The position numbers and the translations under genes were made by a program. Shown piece by piece: positions 9,618-17,588 of a stretch of DNA of 64,000 nucleotides. Source of the stretch: Candidatus Multivoradales bacterium (GTDB taxonomy: Bacteria > Acidobacteriota > Thermoanaerobaculia > Multivoradales > Multivoraceae); the NCBI GenBank assembly GCA_965223325.1, contig CBDCWI010000002.1, positions 2,208,001-2,272,000 of the forward strand. Reading direction: 5' to 3'. The first letter of the stretch is position 1. Each line of letters opens with the position of its first letter. The notes below the pieces were generated by a model that worked only from the letters and a program-made list of their open reading frames with translations, made no database searches and had not been told where the DNA came from.

Positions 9618-10741
9618 TGCCCACCTCCGTCGGCAGCACCGGCAGCCTCCTGCTGGGCGCGCCAGGCGGTCCGTGCCTTCATCGCCTCGTCGAAGATCGG
9701 CTCGGGAACCATGTCGCCGCGCATGTCTTCGGCGAACTCTTCCGCCTTCGCCTTCCATTCCGCCGCGGCCGGCGTGCCTTCGATCGGCACGACCTCGAGC
9801 CCCTGCGACTCCATCAACTTGACCGACAGGGTGTCGGCGGCCGGAATGCGCACGAAGACCTGCTCCTGTGCCACCTTGCCGGCCGCCAGGAGGGCCGCCT
9901 GGTCCGCGGCGCTCAGTTTGTCGAAGCTGCGCTTCGACATCAGAATCGCGCCGATCATCGGGGCCAGCGGCATGTCAGCCATGTACTTGGCCTGCTTGTA
10001 GAACTGAACCTGCGAGGCATAGAGCGGTGGCACCGAAAGCGCCGTGATCATGCCGGTCTGTAAGCCCGTCACGATGTCGTTGGCCGAGAGCGCAACCGGC
10101 TGGAAGCCGTTCTCGCGCCACCAGCGCTCCATCCCTGCATCCCCCGCCCAGGTGAAGATCTTCATCTTCTTCATGTCTGCCACCGACTGCGCGCGCTCGG
10201 TGGTGAAGAAATACACCCAACCGACATAGCCCCAGCCGAGCAGCTTGAAACCACCATCTTCGAGCCGTTTCGACAAGCTGGGCGTGAGCTCCTCGAGCAC
10301 GTGCGCCATCTCGTCGAAGTCGCGGTAGAAGAGCGGAACTTCGAAGACGGTGAAGTCTTTGTGGATATCGACCAGGCCGCTGACCGAAAGCGCCGCCGCC
10401 TGGTACTGGCCGATCTTGAGCTTGCGCAGAATGTCGGGCTCGTCGCCGACCACCCCGCCGGCGTAGACGGTCAGCTCGACGCGACCGTCGGTGCCTGTCT
10501 TCCAGGCCTCGCCCATGTCACGCAGGATCTTGTCGTAGGGCGACCCTTCCGGGGCGAGGGTTGCCATCTTGATGTTGGTCTGCGCCAGTGACGGAGCGGC
10601 CAAGGATAAGGCGAGCGCGATCAGGACCAGAACATGGCCTGCGCGAATCAACCGGTCGATCAGGGTCACGCTGCGGTCGAGGGTCGCTCTGCGGACGACT
10701 GCCCGCCGCGACCCAGCACTCTCAGCCAGGCGATTCTTCAT
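9614..10741 (-). CDS. dctP: TRAP transporter substrate-binding protein DctP (TatP-like clade)
   Basis: IKMATLAPEGSPY, VYAGGVVGDEPDILRKLKIGQ, signal peptide ending SLA-Q. Start uncertain. Confidence 0.88.
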   Translation of the reverse strand: MKNRLAESAGSRRAVVRRATLDRSVTLIDRLIRAGHVLVLIALALSLAAPSLAQTNIKMATLAPEGSPYDKILRDMGEAWKTGTDGRVELTVYAGGVVGDEPDILRKLKIGQYQAAALSVSGLVDIHKDFTVFEVPLFYRDFDEMAHVLEELTPSLSKRLEDGGFKLLGWGYVGWVYFFTTERAQSVADMKKMKIFTWAGDAGMERWWRENGFQPVALSANDIVTGLQTGMITALSVPPLYASQVQFYKQAKYMADMPLAPMIGAILMSKRSFDKLSAADQAALLAAGKVAQEQVFVRIPAADTLSVKLMESQGLEVVPIEGTPAAAEWKAKAEEFAEDMRGDMVPEPIFDEAMKARTAWRAQQEAAGAADGGGH

Positions 10742-10882
10742 AACGAGCTCCAGGTGCCGCGAAGGGGTGAGGGACGAGTTGGAAACTGTAGAGAGGCCAA
10801 GAAACACGATAGCGGGGGCCTTTCAGAAGCGTCAAGAAGGGTGCTATGGACACATGTCCCAAAAACCTGAGGTGCGTTCCGG

Positions 10883-11653
10883 TCAAAGCTGGCGGAAGAC
10901 TGGAGCTCCCGCCGGCAGCGCCTCCCCGGCGCTTCCCCACTCGCCTAGAACGAAAACCTCCGTCAGCCGCCGACAGAGCCTGCGCTGGGGCCGCCGCGGC
11001 TTCGCCAGCTGCTCTTCGAGGGTGCGGGCATCTTCGGCCGCCAGCACGACGGCGGCTGGACGCAGCCAGTAGAGACTGGACAGCAGCGCGCGCGACGAGG
11101 GTTCGAGCAGCAACACGTCGGCGAGAGAGAGCACGTCTTCGCCTTCTGAACCGGCGACTCGCACGGCATACTCGAGCCCCAGGAGGAGCGACGCGCGGGG
11201 CTCGCGAGACTGAGGGCCCTCGTCGTGAGTCGCCGAGAAGGAACCTGTACCTCTTTGTGAAACGTCGGCCAACGGAGCGACCACGGAGTAGCCGATCGAG
11301 AGTTTAGGCGTGGCGGCACGCTTCGTCCCACGCCACTCGAGCCTCTGCTCCCAACTGTCATGGTCCGCCTCGGCCAGCTGCGAGGAACCGCCGGACAGTC
11401 GAGTGGTGAGGGCAAGAAGGAAGGCTTCAGGGGCTCGGGCTTCCAGCAAGAGGTCGAGGGGCTCGTCGCTGACCGCGAGCTCGGTCGCCCATAGCCCGAC
11501 GGCCGCCAACGCTTCGGCCCGGGACAACCAGCGCCAGTCATGCCCCCGTGGGAAAAAGAGCCACGGCTTCCAACCCTCCTCCTGGAGGGCATCGAGAAGA
11601 GTGCCAGCCAACGCCCCCGGCGGACCGTTCTCAGCGGTCGGAGTTCTCGCCAT
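10883..11653 (-). CDS. Hypothetical protein; N-terminus resembles a degenerate AMP-binding (acyl-CoA ligase) domain
   Basis: Open frame with likely ATG at 11653. PWLFFPRGHDWRWLSRAEALAAV resembles the N-terminal motif of acyl-CoA ligases, but no TSGTTG loop is present. Confidence 0.45.
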   Translation of the reverse strand: MARTPTAENGPPGALAGTLLDALQEEGWKPWLFFPRGHDWRWLSRAEALAAVGLWATELAVSDEPLDLLLEARAPEAFLLALTTRLSGGSSQLAEADHDSWEQRLEWRGTKRAATPKLSIGYSVVAPLADVSQRGTGSFSATHDEGPQSREPRASLLLGLEYAVRVAGSEGEDVLSLADVLLLEPSSRALLSSLYWLRPAAVVLAAEDARTLEEQLAKPRRPQRRLCRRLTEVFVLGEWGSAGEALPAGAPVFRQL

Positions 11654-11670
11654 CTGGTCTCGGAGGCTAT

Positions 11671-11715
11671 CCTGTTGGTGGAGCCCCTGTTGGTGGAGCC
11701 CCTGTTGGTGGAGCC
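11671..11715. repeat. Tandem repeat, 3 x 15 bp
   Basis: CCTGTTGGTGGAGCC three times, exact. Confidence 0.9.
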
Positions 11716-11780
11716 CTGTCGCCCGGGACACGCCCTGCTCTCCTCGCGAAGCGCCGGGAATTGCCATCGCTCAGGCCGTG

Positions 11781-11822
11781 TTTCGGTTTCAACCCAGAGG
11801 TTTTCGGTTTCAACCCAGAGGT
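11781..11822. repeat. Tandem repeat, 2 x 21 bp
   Basis: TTTCGGTTTCAACCCAGAGGT twice, exact. Confidence 0.9.
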
Positions 11823-11886
11823 GCAGTGCGTCGCCCTCTCCGTCTTCTGCCTCAACATCGGCGAATCTCGAGTTACCACCCGAACC

Positions 11887-13668
11887 ATGCTGCTCTTCCG
11901 CTCTCAACCATCGCCTGCGTCGGAACTGCTTGGCCGCGCCCTCTTTGCACTATGCGTGGTGGCGATGAGCCCTCCGCTCGCCGCCCAGAAAATCGACAAC
12001 TCAGGGCTGTTCGAGAAGAGTCTTCAGGCCGCGTCACAAACAGTGCGCCAGTACGGAACCTTCGGCAACGACGAGGTCATCGACTCTGCTCCGGGCTCCA
12101 ACCAGGAGACCGAGCTCGAGCGCGTCAACCGCATCGGCTACCGACTCGCCGCGGCGTCGGGCTACGAGAAGTACCCCTTCACCTTCACCTTGGTTGACAT
12201 GCCGATCCCGAACGCGTTCGCGCTCCCGGCCGGTCAGATCTTCATCACCCGCGGCATGCTCGACCTCGGTCTCGACGACGGTGAACTGGCGGCGCTCCTG
12301 GGGCACGAGATCGCCCACGTCACCGAAGAGCACTTCCTGCGCATGCGCAAGCGCGCCAAACTGTTGAACGCCCTCTCGACCCTGGTGATGGCGGGCGCCG
12401 TCTACGCGGCCAGCCAGACCTCGGCCGACGACGTCTACACCGGGCCCTACGGCGCCACTCGTGACGACAACACCGCTCGGCTGGCTCAAGGGGCGATGCA
12501 GGCGAGCATGATCGCCACCGAGCTTCTGATGCGCAGCTACAGCCGGGGGCACGAAGACGAAGCAGACGAGGAAGGCCAGCGACTGGCGGCGGCTGCGGGT
12601 TTCGACCCGCTGGGTGCCCACCGTCTGATGTCGAAGATGAGCGCCCGCATCCCGCAGGCGCGCACCTACGGCTACCTACACACCCACCCCTTCCTCGACG
12701 ATCGGGCGAGCGCTGCCGAAGCGCGCGCACCGCAGTTCAAGGTGCTCGACGAACCAGCCCCTCCCTACGAGTATCGAGCGCGTTCGCAGAAGGTCCTGCT
12801 CGACTTCCTCGAGGGGCGCAAGCTCGATCCACCGATCGTCGACCTGATCGAAGACTCGGCACTCGTGGTGTGGCCCCAGGGCGAGCTGGCAGACAACTTG
12901 CGCCTCAAGCAACTGCACGAAGAAAAGCAACGAGTCGAAGACCGCCTGGCCCTGGCGCAAAACTGGGGTGAACTCAGGGAGCACTACGAAAGAGCTCTCC
13001 ACGAAGTCGCCAAGCACACTCCCGAAAGCCCTCTCATCGCCACCCTGGAAAAGGAGCTCGGCGAGTTTCGCAGCAAACTCGAGGAGCTCTACCCCACGGC
13101 CGTCGAAACCTTCGAGAATGGCGTGTACGAAACGCCGTTCCTCGAGACCTTTCAAAGCAACTACCCCGACGCGGCCGAGAAGCAGGCCGTCGCCCTCCAG
13201 CTCGGGCGCTCCTACAGTCGTATGGGCCGAGAGACCGATGCGGTCGAAAACCTTCTCGCCGCCTGGAACGCCGGCGGTGACGAAGAAATGCGCACCGAAG
13301 CGCGCACCGGCTTGCGCAACCTCGCTCCCATGCTCGACCAACTCGGTGCCCTCGAAGTCCTGGCGACCCAGGCGGACGACCCCGAGCTCAAGGAGCTGGC
13401 CATCGTTCGACTCGACGCCTACGCCTCGAAGTACAAACAAATCGAAAACGGTGCCGACTATCTCGCACGCTTCCCCAAAGGCCTGTATGCCGAAACCGTG
13501 CGCACGCGGCTCGACCACCTCGCCGACGCCCTCTACCGCGAGATGGTGCTCTACCAACAGTCGGGAAGCCCCGCCAAGGCAATTGAGAAAGCGCGCCAGA
13601 TTCTCGAGTACGCACCGCTGTCAGCAGCCGCCGAGCGCTTGAGCGAAGAGAGCATCGACGACGTCTGA
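11887..13668 (+). CDS. M48-family metallopeptidase (BepA-like) with helical/TPR-like C-terminus
   Basis: Signal peptide; PNAFALPAG, ALLGHEIAH (HExxH), YSRGHEDEADEEG and THP motifs. Confidence 0.88.
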   Translation: MLLFRSQPSPASELLGRALFALCVVAMSPPLAAQKIDNSGLFEKSLQAASQTVRQYGTFGNDEVIDSAPGSNQETELERVNRIGYRLAAASGYEKYPFTFTLVDMPIPNAFALPAGQIFITRGMLDLGLDDGELAALLGHEIAHVTEEHFLRMRKRAKLLNALSTLVMAGAVYAASQTSADDVYTGPYGATRDDNTARLAQGAMQASMIATELLMRSYSRGHEDEADEEGQRLAAAAGFDPLGAHRLMSKMSARIPQARTYGYLHTHPFLDDRASAAEARAPQFKVLDEPAPPYEYRARSQKVLLDFLEGRKLDPPIVDLIEDSALVVWPQGELADNLRLKQLHEEKQRVEDRLALAQNWGELREHYERALHEVAKHTPESPLIATLEKELGEFRSKLEELYPTAVETFENGVYETPFLETFQSNYPDAAEKQAVALQLGRSYSRMGRETDAVENLLAAWNAGGDEEMRTEARTGLRNLAPMLDQLGALEVLATQADDPELKELAIVRLDAYASKYKQIENGADYLARFPKGLYAETVRTRLDHLADALYREMVLYQQSGSPAKAIEKARQILEYAPLSAAAERLSEESIDDV

Positions 13669-13791
13669 GGGTCAGGTGCACCGCGCGAAGTCGCTATGAT
13701 GTCGACATAAAATAGGCAGTAGGCACTTTCGCCCCCAAGAGCCGGTCCCCCTTTTCCTGTGCCCTCCGGATGACCGCACCCACATCCCGAG

Positions 13792-15879
13792 ATGCAGCAG
13801 CCAGCCAACACCACCCTGCCCCGCCGTTATGGCCGCTTCGAGGTCCTTGAGGTTCTCGGGCGTGGCGGCATGGCGACCGTCTACCTGGCGCTCGATCCGA
13901 TCATCGGCCGCAAGCTCGCCCTCAAGGTCTTGCGCATCGACGAAGGCATGAACGACGCGGAAGCGGCCGAAACCCGCGACCGCTTCGAGCGCGAGTTTCG
14001 CGCTGCTGGCACTCTGACCCACCCGAATATCGTCACCATCTACGATGTCTCGAATGGCAACCGCGACCTCGGCCAGGACGACGCCGGCCGCACCGCGACC
14101 TTCATTGCCATGGAGTACATCGGTGGGCGCAGCCTGCGCGACCTGCTCAAGCAGGAGACCGAGCTCGACTCGATCGACGTGGTCAACCTCGCCGTGCAGC
14201 TCGGTTCGGCGCTCGACTACGCTCACGCCGCCGGCATCGTGCATCGCGACGTCAAGCCGGCGAACATTCTGTTGACCGAAGCCGGTACTCCCAAGATCAC
14301 CGACTTCGGGATTGCCCGCGCGCGTGCGCACGCGATTCATCTCACCCAGACCGGCATGGTCGTTGGCACGCCGCACTACATGTCTCCCGAGCAGGTGACT
14401 GGGCAGGCCATCGACGGGCGCTCGGACCAATTCGCGATGGCAGTGATCCTCTATCGCATCCTGACCGGCGAACTGCCGTTTACCGGCGACGGCCCATCGA
14501 CCGTGCTCTACAACGTCGTGCACCTCGAACCAAGTGCCCCGCGCGAGCACCGCCCCGGCTTGCCGGAGGCGGTCGACACGGTGCTTTTGAAGGCACTCTC
14601 GAAGGACCCGGCAGAGCGCTATCCAGACTGCGAGGCTCTCGCAGAAGCCCTGCGCACCGCCCTTGGCGTCGAAACCGGCACCGGCGCCAACGTGGCCTAC
14701 CCGATGTCCGTGGGCGCCCTGCCGCTCGCTTCACCACCGGCGCCCCCGAGCCCCAACTGGAGGAAGCGCCTGGCGCCGGTCGCCATTCTGTTGGCGACCA
14801 CCGCATTGGCCGTTCTGCTCGGCCTCTTCCTGGCGTCGAATCTGCGCGACAGCACGGAGGCCACCCTCGGCGAGGATGCAGTCGCCCCGACGGCAGAGGT
14901 GGCGATGACCGTCGATGTGGGCGGCGTCGAGGAAGGCACGGAAATCTGGGTCAATGGCCGCGACTCGGGAAAGCGCATGCCCGGCGAACTGCTGTTGACC
15001 GGCAGCCCCAACGCCCTCGTCGCGCTCGAGCTGAGGCGTGACGGCCAGAGCATCGCCTTTCGCGAAGTCGAGCTCACGGATGGCACCTTGATGTGGGAGC
15101 TCTCGGCCCCACCCGACGAAAGCGAACCCGAGGACGCACCACCACCAGAGCGCACCCAGCCCACACGCCCGAAGCCAGCCGCGCCGGTCTCCGAGCCGCC
15201 TGCCGTGACCAGCGGTCCGGTGACTCGCCAGATCACCATCGTCACCGATCCGCCGGGAGCAGAAGTCATCCTCAATGGAGAAGACGTCCTCGGCCCGACG
15301 CCCACACCGGTCCTCCTCCGCGAAGGCGAAACCTATGCCCTCGATCTCAGTCTCGACGGCCATCTCGACCGCCGCGTGAGCTTCGACTTCCCCGACGACC
15401 TGCGGGTCTCGAGTATCGAGAAGGGCGAGCTCTTTCTGGTCCTCGAACCCCGCACCCTGGCACCAGGCGAAGGCCTCCTGGGGGTCACGGCGGCTCCCTA
15501 CGACGTCGAGCTCGAGGTCGACGGTCGCACCTGGGGGCCAGCGCGAGACCTCGACGTACCGCTGGCAGCCGGCACCTATGCCGTGATCTTGCGGTCGCGC
15601 GAGGTGCTCCTCGAGCGCGACTTCCCGCGTCTCCAGGTGCGGGCGGGCGAGCGCATCACCCTCGAGCTGCCGCGCACGATTCCCGTAGCAATTACCACCG
15701 AACCAGGTCACGGGCTGGTCACAGTCGACGGCCAGGAGATCGGGAATGCGCCTTTAACCTACGAAATGGTGGTCGGACGCCACGAATTTCTGGTGAAATG
15801 GGCAGATGGCGACGCTTCTCGCCGGGTTCGCCGGCGGGTCACGGGCCGCACGGGGAAGCTCCATTTCTCCGCTCCCTGA
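13792..15879 (+). CDS. Hanks-type membrane Ser/Thr protein kinase with extracytoplasmic PEGA domains
   Basis: LGRGGMATVY, HRDVKPANILL, DFG, GTPHYMSPEQ; TM segment LAPVAILLATTALAVLLGLFLA; PEGA-like TDPPGAEVILNG and TEPGHGLVTVDG. Confidence 0.92.
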   Translation: MQQPANTTLPRRYGRFEVLEVLGRGGMATVYLALDPIIGRKLALKVLRIDEGMNDAEAAETRDRFEREFRAAGTLTHPNIVTIYDVSNGNRDLGQDDAGRTATFIAMEYIGGRSLRDLLKQETELDSIDVVNLAVQLGSALDYAHAAGIVHRDVKPANILLTEAGTPKITDFGIARARAHAIHLTQTGMVVGTPHYMSPEQVTGQAIDGRSDQFAMAVILYRILTGELPFTGDGPSTVLYNVVHLEPSAPREHRPGLPEAVDTVLLKALSKDPAERYPDCEALAEALRTALGVETGTGANVAYPMSVGALPLASPPAPPSPNWRKRLAPVAILLATTALAVLLGLFLASNLRDSTEATLGEDAVAPTAEVAMTVDVGGVEEGTEIWVNGRDSGKRMPGELLLTGSPNALVALELRRDGQSIAFREVELTDGTLMWELSAPPDESEPEDAPPPERTQPTRPKPAAPVSEPPAVTSGPVTRQITIVTDPPGAEVILNGEDVLGPTPTPVLLREGETYALDLSLDGHLDRRVSFDFPDDLRVSSIEKGELFLVLEPRTLAPGEGLLGVTAAPYDVELEVDGRTWGPARDLDVPLAAGTYAVILRSREVLLERDFPRLQVRAGERITLELPRTIPVAITTEPGHGLVTVDGQEIGNAPLTYEMVVGRHEFLVKWADGDASRRVRRRVTGRTGKLHFSAP

Positions 15880-15992
15880 GGTTCTTCGTCGCACTCCCCC
15901 TTCCCTTCCCTCCCACGTTGCCCGCTACTGCGCCCTACCCTCGGCCGTCGCATTTCACTCTGAACTGGCGCCTCCTCTGAGGCACGGATCCC

Positions 15993-17588
15993 ATGAGCTG
16001 TACCCCCCCTTCCCCGAACCACTCTCCGAATCATTCTCCGATTCGTTCCCCGCTCCCGCTGTCGCTGGGCAGGCTGGTCGCTCTCGTCCTGGCGGCGGTC
16101 GTCGTCACGCCAGGCCAGCCTGTCGACGCGCAGGGCGCGAGCGATCCAGCAGCCGAACGCCTGATGATGGAAGCCCGACGCCACATCGAGCGCGGCGACA
16201 TCGATGCGGCGCTCGCCGAGCTCGGCGCCCTGGTCCAACGTCTCCCCGACACGCGTCAGGCGCCCGAAGCACTCTTGATGTCGTTGCGCCTGCAGCTGCG
16301 TGCCGGGCGCACGGGCGACGCACGCGCGACCTCCGAGCGCCTGATCTCGAAGTATCCGCAGAGCGGCGAGGCGGCTAGCGCGGCCGTTTTGCAAGCACGG
16401 AGCCGGATCGAACAGGCGGTATCGCCTGCCGATCTCGAACAGGCGCGTACAGAACTACGTCGGGTCCCCAACCTCTACGGCTCGGAGGCCTTCCCGACGC
16501 TCGTCGCCCGCAGCGAGGCACGGGTCTTGTCAGCCTACTGTTCGATGAACCTCGGCGATCTGGAAGCGGCGGCCGCCGACCTGGTGGTGGTCATTGAAGA
16601 CGAGCCTCCTTCCCCCTTCACCGACCGAGCACGTCTCGACTTCGCCCGCGTTCTCTTGCTCGAGGGTGACTGGCAAGCTTCCGCCGATCTTCTGCAGCGC
16701 ATCATCGAAAGCTCGAACGAGCAGGACGACCCGATGGTCGTGGACCGGGCACGGCGGCTGCTCGGTCTGGTCTACCGCCTGTTGGTCCGACCGGCTGCCG
16801 GCCTCGCTCCCTGGCAGCGCACCTCGGCGGTCACTCCGACCGGCGTGCAGTGGAAGAAGCCGGTCGCCGTGGCCGCCGGTGACGGTTCACGGCAGGCGGT
16901 GTGCGACCAGGGGCTCGGCACCTGCCTTGTCATCGACGGCTCGGACGTACTCGCCCGCCTGGACGTCAGACGACCCCAACGCGTCACCTTCGAAGGCAGC
17001 GGGCGCTTCAGCAGTGCACGCCGCGCCTGGGTGGTAGCGTCCGACGGCATGGCCGCTCTCGATCGCTCGGCCTCGCTCGTGCGTCTCGAGGCAACCGGCA
17101 AGTCGCGACCGCTCTCGAAGATCGAGGCGGCCTCGACGGGTGCGCTCAACCTTTGGTTCGTGGTCGACCGCGACGTCGACGGCATCGCGGTCGTCGATAG
17201 CAGCGGCCGATCGCTGGGAAGTGCCGGCACCGGCCAGGTGATCAAGCCGATCGACATTGCCACCGACCCGCAGGGCAGCGTCTGGGTGCTCGACGAACAG
17301 AACGGCGTGGTACGACTCGGCATCGACCGCCGAGCCCAGAGCAGCTTCCGGGTGTCCGCCAAGAAGCCCCGGGCGATCACCGTCGACGCCCTGGCCAACG
17401 TCTACGTGCTCGATGGTGCCAACGGAGCGATCAGCGTCTACGACAAGCGCGGTCGCAACATTCACAACCTCGGCCCGACATTCCCCGGCGGCGTGTCACT
17501 GCGCAGCCCCGAAGACATCGCCGTCGACGCGGCTGGCCGCTTGTTTGTAGTCGATTCGCGCGACGCGCGCATGGTGATGATCGAATGA
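15993..17588 (+). CDS. Secreted TPR (BamD-like) + NHL-repeat beta-propeller protein
   Basis: Signal peptide; TPR-like LVQRLPDT and LISKYPQS; NHL blades PIDIATDPQGSVWVLD, PRAITVDALANVYVLD and PEDIAVDAAGRLFVVD. Confidence 0.8.
   Translation: MSCTPPSPNHSPNHSPIRSPLPLSLGRLVALVLAAVVVTPGQPVDAQGASDPAAERLMMEARRHIERGDIDAALAELGALVQRLPDTRQAPEALLMSLRLQLRAGRTGDARATSERLISKYPQSGEAASAAVLQARSRIEQAVSPADLEQARTELRRVPNLYGSEAFPTLVARSEARVLSAYCSMNLGDLEAAAADLVVVIEDEPPSPFTDRARLDFARVLLLEGDWQASADLLQRIIESSNEQDDPMVVDRARRLLGLVYRLLVRPAAGLAPWQRTSAVTPTGVQWKKPVAVAAGDGSRQAVCDQGLGTCLVIDGSDVLARLDVRRPQRVTFEGSGRFSSARRAWVVASDGMAALDRSASLVRLEATGKSRPLSKIEAASTGALNLWFVVDRDVDGIAVVDSSGRSLGSAGTGQVIKPIDIATDPQGSVWVLDEQNGVVRLGIDRRAQSSFRVSAKKPRAITVDALANVYVLDGANGAISVYDKRGRNIHNLGPTFPGGVSLRSPEDIAVDAAGRLFVVDSRDARMVMIE

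Noticed and set aside
11671-11822. Repeats as a CRISPR array
   Set aside because: The units are directly adjacent with no spacers, and no cas genes are present.
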